Positions 15,170 through 34,332 of a stretch of 64,000 nucleotides of DNA are shown here, one piece after another; position 1 is the stretch's first letter, and every line of letters starts with the position of its first letter. Where the stretch lies: positions 3,968,001 through 4,032,000 of the forward strand of contig OZ024756.1 in the NCBI GenBank assembly GCA_964016885.1, in the 5' to 3' direction. Both the position numbers and the translations under genes were made by a program. The notes below the pieces were generated by a model. That model had not been told where the DNA came from, did not search any database, and saw nothing but the letters and a program-made list of their open reading frames with translations. This stretch comes from Eledone cirrhosa (lineage: Eukaryota).

Positions 15170-16101
15170 TAGTAGAATAATCGAGTATCGAAAAATCGGC
15201 GCACGAGTTCACGATAAACAAAATTCGAAATGAGCGGCAGAGGGCTCAATAATTCAGATAAATCAGAGCTATAACTATCGTTAAAATACCGACACACATA
15301 GAACATGTCTAAAATCAACCATACGACCGAAAAATTACGATCTGGAAGATTCGGGACACTCAGATAAAATATCAATAAATCAATAAATCAAATGAATGTA
15401 AAAAGCATACCCGGACCCGCTAGAAAGATGGTAAATCTAGCTTCTTGGGTTTCTGTAAATCCTTAAACCGCCCTCTATCAGCCCACATAAAAATATATAA
15501 GACTTCTAGAAAGCAGCGGACCGGAATTTACTTCCTCAACGAGCTTTTGTCCGAACGAATAAAAAGGCATAACCCGAGTTGAAAAAACGCACATGGAATT
15601 CAGCAAGGGAGATAACCTCTATATCCGCAAACAATATTCGGGAAAATGTGGAAATACACATATCGAATAAGAGTGCTCAATAGACATGTTAAAATAAACA
15701 GGAGCTATTCATCATTTAATAGAATCGACAAAAAATGAACAATAAAATTAACTGGTCAATAGCTAAGTCTAGAGCTAAATATAGTAGAATAATCGAGTAT
15801 CGAAAAATCGGCGCACGAGTTCACGATAAACAAAATTCGAAATGAGCGGCAGAGGGCTCAATAATTCAGATAAATCAGAGCTATAACTATCGTTAAAATA
15901 CCGACACACATAGAACATGTCTAAAATCAACCATACGACCGAAAAATTACGATCTGGAAGATTCGGGACACTCAGATAAAATATCAATAAATCAATAAAT
16001 CAAATGAATGTAAAAAGCATACCCGGACCCGCTAGAAAGATGGTAAATCTAGCTTCTTGGGTTTCTGTAAATCCTTAAACTGCCCTCTATCAGGCCACAT
16101 A
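15170..16101. repeat. 1.5-mer partial tandem of a 612-bp non-coding unit (320-bp direct repeats at 15170-15489 and 15782-16101)
   Basis: Near-identical direct repeats offset by 612 bp; flanked by TA-rich microsatellite. Confidence 0.93.
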
Positions 16102-16143
16102 TATATGTATATATATATATATATGTATATGTATATATATATA

Positions 16144-16231
<88 letters not shown>

Positions 16232-16299
16232 TATATATATATATATATATATAGATATATATATATATGTATATATAGATATAGATATATATATATATG

Positions 16300-16457
16300 T
16301 ATAAAGAATGAATAATAACAGGTAGACATCATAAAAAGGTAATTTATTCCGTGTGCTTACAAGTGTTTCCACGGTGGTACCACCGTGGAAACAATTGTAA
16401 GCATACGGATTAAATTACCTTTTTATGATGTCTACCTGTTATTATTCATTCTTTATA
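16300..16457. repeat. Near-perfect 158-bp palindrome with no spacer
   Basis: Centre CCACGGTGGT|ACCACCGTGG; about 3 mismatches between arms. Confidence 0.95.
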
Positions 16458-16597
16458 TACACTCCGGAATACAGAAGGATCAGGAACTAAGTTTCTTCAA
16501 CAATTCTTCCATAACTCGTAGGGTAACCTCCTATCGTACGCCAACCATATCCAGTGTAGTAATTAACCATTACTACATCTTGGATAATCCTATACCT

Positions 16598-19130
<2,533 letters not shown>

Positions 19131-19132
19131 TT

Positions 19133-19741
19133 GTGTCAGGTCACCAGTTGGTGCTACTGGTAACATGTATCCCAGTACAACCTGTCCCATGGTCGGGTCG
19201 TTGGCGACTAAACTGGCAACCCCACCAAGGTTTCTTGGTGAGGAGGGTGACTTTGGACATCCTGCAGGACTAAAAACAAAACCTGTCAAAGGGCAAAGGA
19301 GCTCTTAAGAGTCAATGGCCATCCAAAATCACCGGGAGAGATGACCCCTTAGCCTTTGTCAAGGCAGAATTCTAGGAGAAGGAAAACTCTGATATAACAC
19401 CTGCAACCCTGATGGTATCCAATGATGTTGACTTGTTCTTCTTTTTGGTAAATATCATCTTGGTTAAGAGAGTGGGACTGGCTTTGTGCAGTGCCTTTGC
19501 TCACTATAAAAGCTTCACGGCAGAGGCATTGCTTTGTATCTGGAGGTTTCTCTGAACTTGTCGTCGCATGGTGCCATGGGCCCAGCACTATGTGACAATG
19601 ATTGTCACAAGTGTAGTGTTTGTACCAGAGTTTTCAAGTCACTGGCTGAGACTAAAAAGTCACACTCGTTCAGCGCATCAGTAGGGGTTCTCCTACATGG
19701 ATATAAAGTAGTGGCCGTACTCGAAAACGAGTTGGCAGCCA

Positions 19742-19743
<2 letters not shown>
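19133..19743 (+). mobile_element. Bipartite non-autonomous RTE derivative (RTE-like 5' UTR joined to the 3' terminus), copy 1
   Basis: 5' part has RTE-5'UTR-like CTGGCAACCCCACC and CTAGGAGAAGGAAAACTCTGA; 3' part retains a C2H2 remnant and the hairpin ACTCG(AAAA)CGAGT; second copy at 28001-28556. Confidence 0.65.
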
Positions 19744-19803
<60 letters not shown>

Positions 19804-19816
19804 GTATATATATATG

Positions 19817-19849
<33 letters not shown>

Positions 19850-19850
19850 G

Positions 19851-23272
<3,422 letters not shown>

Positions 23273-23299
23273 ATATATATGTATATATATATATATGTG

Positions 23300-23430
<131 letters not shown>

Positions 23431-23460
23431 ATATATATATGTACATATATATATATATAT

Positions 23461-23569
23461 TAACACCGTATGGCATAAATCAGGCTGTTCGCTTGTTTAC
23501 AAACGGACAAAGCGGGCGTTATAATAAACGTTCGCTAAACTGATACGCACATATATATGTGTACCTGTA

Positions 23570-23661
<92 letters not shown>

Positions 23662-24173
23662 TGCTACTGTACGTCTGTATACATATATTTATGTACGTAT
23701 ACGTACATACTTACATTTAAGTAAGTGCCGTACTAAGAGTGAGAAATGAAATTTCGTTTCATTATATTACAACTTATCGTTTTCGGTACGCCTGGCCGAC
23801 TGAACTCACTCGATATGCAAATTAGGCTGCTCAGCCGTTAATTTTCATAAGGAAAGTATATACTTTCGAACGTTCAACTATCTGGCAGAAGGGTATACGG
23901 TGCTGATGATAGCTAACAAGCTTGAAACTAGTACATCGTTCCTGTGTCAGTGTTGAACAAAAAGGTGACGTGGTTGCCCTAACACCATATGGCATAAATC
24001 AGGCTGTTCGCTTTTTTACAAACGGACAGAGCGGGCGTTATAATAAACGTTCGCTAAACTGATACGTACTTATATATATGTGTACCTGTATGCATATATG
24101 TATATATATATATATATGCATGCTACTGTACGTCTGTATACATATATGTATGTACGTATACATACATACTTAC

Positions 24174-24176
<3 letters not shown>
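23461..24176 (+). mobile_element. Partial-tandem (~520-bp period) non-coding element with a hammerhead, retrozyme/pLTR-like
   Basis: Direct repeats 23461-23716 and 23981-24176 (differing mainly in an internal TA run) flank a unique segment holding an HHR. Confidence 0.75.
23897..23939 (+). ncRNA. Type-I minimal hammerhead ribozyme
   Basis: ACGGTG-CTGATGA-T-AGCT(AACA)AGCT-T-GAAA-CTAG-TA-CATCGT: 6-bp stem I, intact core, palindromic stem III, GUA cleavage triplet. Confidence 0.88.
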
Positions 24177-24248
<72 letters not shown>

Positions 24249-24274
24249 TGTATGTATGTATGTATGTATGTATG

Positions 24275-24363
<89 letters not shown>

Positions 24364-24408
24364 TATGAAAGTAAAACAAAGAAGCCTTCAATACATCAAA
24401 AGTCTTTA

Positions 24409-24451
24409 TTAGCCAACAATGTTTCGTGCTATTAAGGACTCATCAGGGCAA
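24409..24451 (-). ncRNA. Minimal hammerhead-like motif
   Basis: Reverse complement reads TTGCC-CTGATGA-GTCCT(TAAT)AGCAC-GAAA-CATTG-TT-GGCT followed by AATAAA. Confidence 0.7.
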
Positions 24452-25117
24452 TTTAAACAATAAGAAGTATTATCGGCCAATACAAGCCGAAAACTCCGAA
24501 GAATATGGAGTGTACGTACACTAAAGTATTGCAAGATTATGGGTAAAAATATATAATAAAAATCACTAAGGAGGTGTATAACATTTAGAACCATATTACA
24601 AATATAGTCCAAAGCAAAAAAACCCCTATAGCTAAACAAAGGTGGTTATATAGAACGGGAATTATATATAATACTATATAATATAATATAATATACTTGG
24701 AACAATATTAAAATTACAATAAAAATTAAAAGGTACAATATACATATGTATATATGTACGCACACGTACGCACACATACACATACATCAATACACATATC
24801 CATCTTCAACAGCACAAATTAAACCTTATTAAGAGTTTAAATATAAATAAGTATGATAGGAATAAAAATAATAATAATAATAACAATTTGTATATCTAAT
24901 ATACATGAGGTAATAATATGATATGATTATAAGTATAAGTAGCACATTTAATATATAATAAACTATACAATTATATACTATATAATATAATATAATAGAT
25001 AATCTCCGGTTAATTTACACAAACAATATAGGTGTCACAATAATACTATAATAATAATATAATAAGATATATAATATATAATATATAATGGCATGCAAGT
25101 TAACAAATCAATTCATG

Positions 25118-25207
<90 letters not shown>

Positions 25208-25260
25208 TATATATATATATATATATATATACAGATATATATATATGTATATATATATAC

Positions 25261-25331
<71 letters not shown>

Positions 25332-25515
25332 GATATATATATATATATATATATGCAGATATATATATATATATGCAGATATATACATATATATATATAT
25401 ACATATATATAGTAATAATAATAAAATTGAAGAATCCAAAGCGATTCTTTGCTTGAACTTTAATCTGTTATTTTAATAAATATACATATATATATATATA
25501 TATGCAGATATATAC

Positions 25516-25630
<115 letters not shown>

Positions 25631-25651
25631 GATATATATATATATATATGA

Positions 25652-25696
<45 letters not shown>

Positions 25697-25812
25697 GATA
25701 TATATACATATATATATATATTATTCCTACGGACTATGTGTAGACTTCTACATAACCAGGACATTATTTTCCCAATTTGTAGAAAACTTATAATGAAACG
25801 ATCGTTTGGAAG

Positions 25813-25986
25813 GAGAGATGTATTTTAATTATGTCTCATATAAAATAATACAACTGGCTATCCGCAAAATACGTATAGTTAGAATCCCAAACACTAAATT
25901 GGGATTATACTAAGGTATATCCTAATGTGTGTTGAGTGAGACGGAAGCCGGTCGGAGTATTGCTTAAAGCTTTCTCTGTTAATCTA

Positions 25987-25991
<5 letters not shown>
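25813..25991 (+). mobile_element. Diverged homolog of the Penelope pLTR segment at 8250-8434
   Basis: Shared AAAATAATACAACTGGCT, CCCAAACACT.AAATTGGG, CCTAATGT.TGTTGAGTGAGA and TCTCTGTTA in the same order. Confidence 0.8.
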
Positions 25992-26046
<55 letters not shown>

Positions 26047-26180
26047 CAGTATATCTGCAGGATTCTGGGGTTTTACAAAGCGAAACTGATCAGTAAGGGC
26101 CATTAGAAGAGGTAAATATTTATATTATATTTTTTTATTTATTTTGAAAAATTGGTTGAATTTTACTTGTTCTGCTTATC

Positions 26181-26228
<48 letters not shown>

Positions 26229-26253
26229 CAGATATATATAAATATATATGCAG

Positions 26254-26327
<74 letters not shown>

Positions 26328-26470
26328 GCAGATATATACATTATAACATTATAGATAGTGATTTTAAGACGCAATCGATTATTTACTAGACAATGAACCA
26401 TCTGTTAATACTTGGAATAAACCCCATTGTATAGCTTAATAGCTTATCCGCGTTAATCTTCATTCATTCG

Positions 26471-26537
<67 letters not shown>

Positions 26538-26826
26538 AATTTCAACTTTGTATTTTGAAAATTCGGATGCCACAGTATCTTTCCTGATTGCCTATTATGA
26601 CATAGTGTAGCAATAATGGACTGAAATTTTGATGAAACAATTGTTAATACGTGGATTAAATCCTTTTGTAACTGTTTCCCTTAGTCCTATTTCTCTTTTT
26701 TGATGACACTCCTCGTTTTTTCGTGTTTCCACCACAGAATCCCTACCAACCTGTCGAGTCACCTTAATGTATGTTGATAACTTTCCTCACAACTTGTTCT
26801 ACCAAGCTTTGGAATATTCCTAATTA

Positions 26827-26890
<64 letters not shown>

Positions 26891-27415
26891 TAAGGACATA
26901 TATGTATATATTTAGACAGAGTCACTGATGCATATATGAGTGTGGTTACCTTCAACGGTTTGGCTCAATGAAATGTTTAATTAAGCAAATAATTATTAAT
27001 CAGAGCTATATAAAATTTTAAGTTTGAAGAACAGTCACATAAAATATATCCAATTCTTTTCCTCGTTAGTCAGTAGAAATCAACCAGATAAATAACCATT
27101 TAAACGGAGTTAAGTTTAAAATGTAAGTTTGAAGAAAAAAATGCAGATTAACTTTACCAAAGTCTTCTAGTCCCGACTATCGATAGTTTCGCTGGTACTT
27201 TGTGGAAATGTTTAATGGTAGTATTATCCATGAGGCTTGGAGCTTTTCAAGAGACTCCCTCTGTTTGGACTAAAGTTTCTAAAGTGATCGCCAGTAACGA
27301 ATTCGAAAGGGCCATCCGGCCTACCCTTCACAACCCTTCTACTTTGATCGCTAGCCACGTGATGTTTTTCACCCCTTTTAAATTCGTTTATATATATATG
27401 TATATATATATATAT

Positions 27416-27514
27416 GGCGCGTGGCTGAGTGTCAATCGTAAGATAGTGTGTTGGATTCCCGGACCGGGCGATGCGTTATGTCCTTGGGCAAGACACTTTA
27501 TTTCACGTTGCTCC
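27416..27514 (+). mobile_element. tRNA-derived SINE family B, 5' fragment
   Basis: GGCGCGTGGCT..B-box-like GTTGGATTCCC..GTCCTTGGGCAAGACACTTTATTTCACGTTGCTCC; related copies at 30590-30700(-) and 57450-57605(-). Confidence 0.75.
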
Positions 27515-27643
27515 TTCTATCGGTGAAACGGCTTGAGCTCTGCCGTCGGGGTCATACTTTTTTCTATTTCCCACTCTACTACCCTAAGTATTGAGTACTC
27601 TGTTGTGTTATGGTCCCTCTGGTTCCTTACTACAATTCCTTTG

Positions 27644-27712
<69 letters not shown>

Positions 27713-27721
27713 TATTATAAT

Positions 27722-27843
27722 AATTGTTTCTACTTTTGGCACAAGGCCAGCAATTATCACAATGTATTTCTGGTAGTTTAATTTATCGACCCCGTAAGGA
27801 TGAAAGGCAAAGTTAACCTCGGCGGGATTTGAACTCAGACCAT
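27722..27843 (-). mobile_element. SINE family A copy (partial)
   Basis: ATCGACCCCGTAAGGATGAAAGGCAAAGTTAACCTCGGCGGGATTTGAACTC. Confidence 0.88.
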
Positions 27844-27879
27844 ACAGGAAGAATGGTTACTCCTTCATTACTTTTATTG

Positions 27880-27959
27880 GTTGGTGACGCGCGTTTCGCT
27901 ACTGATCAGCTCTGTATCGATCTAGTCCGATTCTGGAATCAAAAGCTCCTCGGACTTCT
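27880..27959 (-). ncRNA. Hammerhead-like motif with CCGAGGA core and long stem II
   Basis: Reverse complement reads GT-CCGAGGA-GCTTTTGATT...GATCAGTAGC-GAAA-CGCGCG-TC-AC, then AATAAA; homolog at 63877. Confidence 0.6.
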
Positions 27960-28000
27960 GTGGTAGTCATGACAGAATCTGGATATTTATATATATATAT

Positions 28001-28556
28001 GGTGGCGGCCAACTCGTTTTCGAGTACGGCCACTACTTTATATCCATGTAGGAGAACCCCTACCGATGCGCTGAGCAAGTGTGACTTTTTAGTCCCGCCA
28101 GCGACTTGAACACTCTGGTACAAACACTACACTTGTGACAATTATTGACACATAGTGCTGGGCACATGGTACCATGTGACGACAAGTGCAGAGAGATCTC
28201 CAGATATAAAGCAATGCCTGTGTCGTGAAGCTTTCATAGTGAGCAAAGGCACTGCACAAAGCCAGTCCCACTCTCTTAACCAAGATGATATTTACCAAAA
28301 AGAAGAACAAGTCAACATCATTGGATACCATCAGGGTTGCAGGTGTTATATCAGAATTTTCCTTCTCCTAGAATTCTGCCTTGACAAAGGCTAAGGGGTC
28401 ATCTCTCCCGGTGATTTTGGATGGCCATTGACTATTAAGAGCTCCTTTGCCCTTTGACAGGTTTTGTTTTTAGTCCTGCAGGATGTCCAAAGTCACCTTC
28501 CTCACCAAGAAACCTTGGTGGGGTTGCCAGTTTAGTCGCCAACGAGCCGACCATGG
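28001..28556 (-). mobile_element. Bipartite non-autonomous RTE derivative, copy 2
   Basis: Reverse-complement match to 19187-19743; translates [23 protein letters not shown] near the 3' end. Confidence 0.7.
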
Positions 28557-29189
28557 CACTACCATATATATGTGTGTATATACAAGCAACCAAATATTAA
28601 CTCTTGAGCAGGTCTTGGAGAAATTGTTGGAGTATTTCCAAGGGGTGTATGGCTGTTTTGTGAAATTCCAAAAGGCTACTAACACAACCACCACCACCAC
28701 TAGCCCCACCTCTCCAGGCCTGAATACATATGACTTCTTCCAGAGAATGATAGAAAGTGAGAGAGAGGAAATGGGAAAGAGATATAGAATAAGAATCGAA
28801 AGGATGAAAGGCAAAGTTGACCCCAGTGGGATTTTAACTCAGAGAGCCAGAACGAATATTCTAAAGCATTTTATCTGACGTTCTAACGACTCTTCCAATT
28901 CGCCGCCTATAGGATGTAACATACATGAACCTGTAAACCTAAATATATAACTGTATGTTCATATCACACAGAATATATATATGATTCGTGAAATCATATA
29001 TATCAAGATGTGGCTGAGTGGTTTAGCCGTTTGCTTTACAACCCTGCGGTTTCTGGTTCCATCTTAAAACCTGGTGTTTTCGGGATGTGTCTTTCATGAT
29101 GGTGTCAGGTCGAAACAAAACTTGTGTGGGAAATTAGATTGATGAAAACTGTGGGGAATCTCGTCAAATTCAACGGTTCTCAACCACTG

Positions 29190-29900
29190 AGCCATGCGCC
29201 CTTTGGTACTGGGCCATAGACCCTTTGGTACTGGGACATGCACCCTTTGGTACTGGGACATGCACCCTTTGGTACTGGGCCCTAGACCCTTTGGTACTGG
29301 GTCATAGACCCTCTGATACTGGGTCATGCACCCTTTGGTACTGGGACATGCACCCTTTGGTACTGGGACATGCACCCTTTGGTACTGGGACATAGACTCT
29401 TTGGTACTGGGTCATAGACCCTCTGATACTGGGTCATGCACCCTTTGGTACTGGGCCATGCACCCTTTGGCACTGGGACATAGACCCTTTGGTACTGGGT
29501 CATAGACCCTCTGATACTGGGTCATGCACCCTTTGGTACTGGGACATGCACCCTTTGGTACTGGGTCATGCACCCTTTGATACTGGGCCATAGACCCTTT
29601 GGCACTGGGTCATGCGCCCTTTGGTACTGGGTCGTAGACCTTTTGCTACTGGGTCATGCACCCTTTTGTACTGGGTCATGCGCCCTTTGGTATTGGGTCG
29701 TAGACCTTTTGCTACTGGGTCATGCACCCTTTTGTACTGGGTCATGCACCCTTTGGTACTGGGCGATAGACCCTTTGGTCTTGGGCCATAGACCCTTTGG
29801 TACTGAGTCATAGACCCTTTGGTACTGGGTCATAGACCCTTTGGAAATGGGTCATGCACCCTTTGGTACTTGGCCATGCACCCTTTGGTACCAGGCCATA
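29190..29900. repeat. 22-bp minisatellite (CCCTTTGGTACTGGGTCATGCA/AGA), ~32 copies
   Basis: Direct inspection. Confidence 0.95.
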
Positions 29901-29956
29901 TAGAAAGAATAAAAATTTTCTTTTATCTTTTTGGCTATCGCGGTCTACCATATTTT

Positions 29957-30070
29957 GAGTGGAGTCTGCCTTATGTTGAGTGGAGACTGCCTTATGTTGA
30001 GTGGAGTCAACCTTATGTTGAGTGGAGACTGCCTTATGTTGAGTGGAGTCTGCATTATGTTGAGTGGAGT
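29957..30070. repeat. 21-bp minisatellite (GAGTGGAGWCTGCCTTATGTT), ~5.5 copies
   Basis: Direct inspection. Confidence 0.92.
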
Positions 30071-31084
30071 CACATTTACACTATAACTGTAGTAATTAAA
30101 TTATTAATATAATTATATAACATGTATTTTATTGTTAATTTAGCTTTGTTTTACGCGTGGCCGACGCCGACCCACCTCCCCGACCCATGGAGAAATTGTC
30201 TTGCTTGACACCGGTCTATGACGAAGGTTGGAGACCACTGGTCTAGTGCATTGTATTTGTGATTTAATGGCCAAGCCATGTCCTATTAAGATGTTAACTC
30301 TCCAATAATGATGTTTCGCTTTCAATCCTACTGCGTAGCATCTTAAGCAAGTATCTTTACTTATAACATCAGGCTAACACAAGCTTTGTAAGTAGAGTTG
30401 TGTCGACAGATATTGTGTTTAAGGCAATGGAATGGATTTTCAGGAGGAGGAATCCGATTCGATAAAATCTCAGACCCCATTTGCTTACCGAGGGGGTGGA
30501 GCTCGTCAAATAGGACCTAGAACACAATGTTTCCATTGGTCTTTCCAATCCCTAACGCTATCTACCGGTGGCAACTCCTGACAGAAGGAACAACGTCAAA
30601 TAAAGTGTCTTGCTTAAGGACATAACGCATTGTCCGTCCCGGGAATCGAACTCACAAACTCGGAATTTTGAATCCAACTTTTTATCCACTAAGCCACGGT
30701 CATTCTTTTGTAACTAAAAGATACATCCAGATTCCATTAAGATATTTGTTTCACAATAAGGAGGTTCTAGGTTCAATCTCTCAAAACGACATCTTAATTC
30801 TATAACCACGGGCTGCCACAGGCATTGTGAATACAATAGTGTCGACAGAACTTTTGTGGAAGTCAGTGAAATAGGTTGTAGTTGTAATGTAAAGGTTTAG
30901 TCTTCTCACATCCTGCCACACTGTTTATTACACGTTAATTTAATGAGTAAGAACAGTCATGCGACTGAACAAACGAAAGCTCCTCGTCGAAACCGACGGA
31001 ATATTTTTCATCATTTGTTAACGTGCTTTACATATGTGCGTTTATCTTTGCAGATGTGTAACAATATTTAACCATGTGCATTAG

Positions 31085-31496
<412 letters not shown>

Positions 31497-32017
31497 TCCT
31501 ATGCATGTGAGTGTATTCTTAGTTTCTTGTATTTGTGCGCGCATGTATGTGTGTGTGTCTGTATGTGTATACATCTGTGCAAGTGTGTATGCATACGTGT
31601 ATCTAAAGATATATATAAGCGTCTGTTTCTCTGCTTAGGTGTGTCTGTGTGTGCGTATCAAATTTCTTCTCAATTTTGGTCTCAGTTAGATATTCATAGC
31701 GGCTGGCCATCTCTCTCCTTCAAAAACTTGTTTTCGGTGTAAGTCTTGAACGAATTCTTAAAACAACCCCCGAGAAAGGGTAGTAGAAGAGGAGAACGCA
31801 GAGCAGATGTGGTCATCTGTCCTTTAGCCAGCGAGTGGTCATTCTTCTAATGTCTACTGGTCAGTGTAATAGAGATGTCTCAACGTAACTAAAATAAAGC
31901 CAATCAGATGAAGGTTTAATGACTGAGTCTCTACTTGTACAGCTGATGTTTTTGTTGTTTTCTTGGTTGTTGTTTTGAGAAGGTGAAGCCCCACGGTTTT
32001 TAATGATTTGCTTTAGA

Positions 32018-32457
32018 CTTCTTCTTCGTTTTCTTCTTCTTCTTCTTCTTCTTCTTCTTCTTCTTCTTCTTCTTCTTCTTCTTCTTCTTCGTTTTCTTCC
32101 TTCTTTTTTTCTTTTTCTTTTTTCTTTTTTTTCCCTTTTTCTTCTTTTTCTTCTTCGTTTTCTTCTTCGTTTTCTTCTTCTTCTTCTTCTTCTTCTTCTT
32201 CTTCTTCTTCTTCTTCTTCTTCTTCTTCTTCTTCTTCTTCTATATCCATGCTATAAGGTACTTCAACGAATGTGGATATTTGATGGAAGAAAAAAAACAA
32301 AAAAACCTTTACTCATAATACAAATTATGGTTTCCGTAAAAAGAAACCAATTTCTCTAGTTTTAGGCAAATATTACTAAAACCACTCATATTACCGTCTT
32401 CTCCTCTTAACACCTACTACAAAATATCATCAATATCGCTATTACTACTACTACTAT

Positions 32458-32511
<54 letters not shown>

Positions 32512-32512
32512 A
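32018..32512. repeat. (CTT)n and (ACT)n microsatellites
   Basis: Direct inspection. Confidence 0.93.
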
Positions 32513-32667
32513 TAACACATTTTACTAACAGTATCAATAATTTGGTTAGCGGAACCGGTAGAACGTCAGCTAAAATATTTGTGGTATTTAGTTTAGTTAT
32601 TTTCCAAATCCTTTCTCAGTTCAAATCTTAAGCCGGGATCAACTTTGCTTGTTATATTTTCCAGATA

Positions 32668-34332
32668 TAATGGTTTCTGTATTAGATAAAGGGCCAGCAA
32701 TTTAAAGAGAGGAGAAAGCCGATTAAATTGACCCCAGTGCGTGACTGGTACTTTATTTTATCGACCCCGTAAGGATGAAAGGCAAAGCTAACCTCAGCGG
32801 GATTTGAAATCGGGACCTAACTCTATGCCGTGAAGCATGATGTCCACCTTCTAACGATAAAAGGGTCAATCCACGGCCGTCATATTTTCAAGATATAATA
32901 GAATAATGTATCGGTCAAGGTAAATAAGAAGTGAATCTTAATAAATGACCAGAAGAACCAGACTTTTACACACCTTTTCATTACAACTATCGCACTACAT
33001 GTTATCATAACCAATACTATAGTGACTAATATTTTATACACAATTATTGATCTCTAATTTAAACAAAATAGCAGCAAATTATGTTGAAGGGCAAATTTGA
33101 TTAAACTAAACCCAGTACTTAACTAATCCTATATATTAACGCCACTGGAAAGATGACCTCGGTGACATTTGAACTCACGATGTAAAGAACCAAAGGAAAT
33201 AACATAGAGATAATTGATCCGACACTCTACCAATTCTGCCCCTCCTCCGCCCTATGCTTGGCAGTATCGGTAGAGGGTCGGACTCCATACTTTGACGCAT
33301 AGTTACGGCCCTTGCCATTCTGAGTTCGAATCCCGCCGAGATTAACTTTGCCTTACATCCTTACGGGGTCGATAAAATAAAGTACCAGTAATGTACTGGG
33401 TAATTGCTGGCCTTGTGCCAACAATAGAAACAATTATTACAAGAAATGAATGAAGTATGGTTAAGAAAAACACTTCACAATCATGAAATTCTGAATATAT
33501 ACAAATGTAGACCGAATCCTTTTTAAAGGGGTTTGTAGTCAAACCTGTATAGCTGTTGTTTCATTGTCCTTTGCAAGGGAAAGCTTAGCACTGTATATAA
33601 AGGGTTTAGAAAAGCATAAACCGTCGAGAGAATAGATATTACGATAGTTGAAATTATATAGGTTTGTGGGTTTTATTAGAAGTAACTTTCCTGCTTTTGC
33701 TCATTAGGAATCATCGAGAGACGAAAGACAAATTGGACCTCAGCAGGATTTAAAAACAAAATATAAAGCGGCCATTGATTATATCACTATTTGTCAACAT
33801 TTATTGAAGCCGACTCTTAATTTTGGAAGCTGAGGGAGCAATGATTTAATGAGTTTAATAGAGCGGAGAAAATTAAACTTTCGTTGATCTTATCTTTTAC
33901 CCTATGAAAGCACGCTACAGTATTTTGACTTTCTTTCGTCAAACTAGAGGGTTGGGTGGATTGGCAATATCGGTAGAGTGCCAGAGACTATGCTTTGCAG
34001 CATATAGTTACGTCCCTTTACGATCTGAGTTCAATTCCCACCAAGGTTATCTTTGCCTTTTATCCTTACGCGTTCAATAGAATAAAGTACCACTAATGTA
34101 CTGGAGTCGATTTAATTGACTTTCTCCACCCTAAATTGGTGGCCTTGTGCCTATAGTAGGGCGGTATTGGTAGAGCGTCAGACACCATGCTTTGCAGCAT
34201 AGTTATGGCCCTTTATGAGTTCAAACCCCGCGAGGTTAGCTTTGCCTTTTATCATTATGCGGTCGATAAAATAAAGTACCAGTAATGTACTGGGTAATTG
34301 CTGGCCTTGTGCCAAAAATAGAAAGCATTATT
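32668..34332. mobile_element. Cluster of SINE family A copies: 32668-32860(-), 33258-33438(+), 33958-34158(+), 34163-34332(+), plus older relics
   Basis: B-box, core and tail matches as at 3416. Confidence 0.85.

Larger units (their letters stand above)
29171..30240. mobile_element. hAT (Charlie/MER1-like) MITE with internal minisatellites
   Basis: TIR-like ends CAACGGTTCTCAACC and GGTTGGAGACCACTG; 3' subterminal CCATGGAGAAATTGTCTTGC..ACCGGTC resembles MER1-type ends; degenerate 8-bp flanks GTCAAATT/GTCTAGTG. Confidence 0.7.

Noticed and set aside
15450-15488. Minus-strand GGG-CTGATAGA...GAAA-CCC as a hammerhead
   Set aside because: Wrong core spacing, no stem II and no NUH site
29190-29900. 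22-bp repeats as CRISPR-like
   Set aside because: Head-to-tail with no spacers; no cas genes; eukaryotic context
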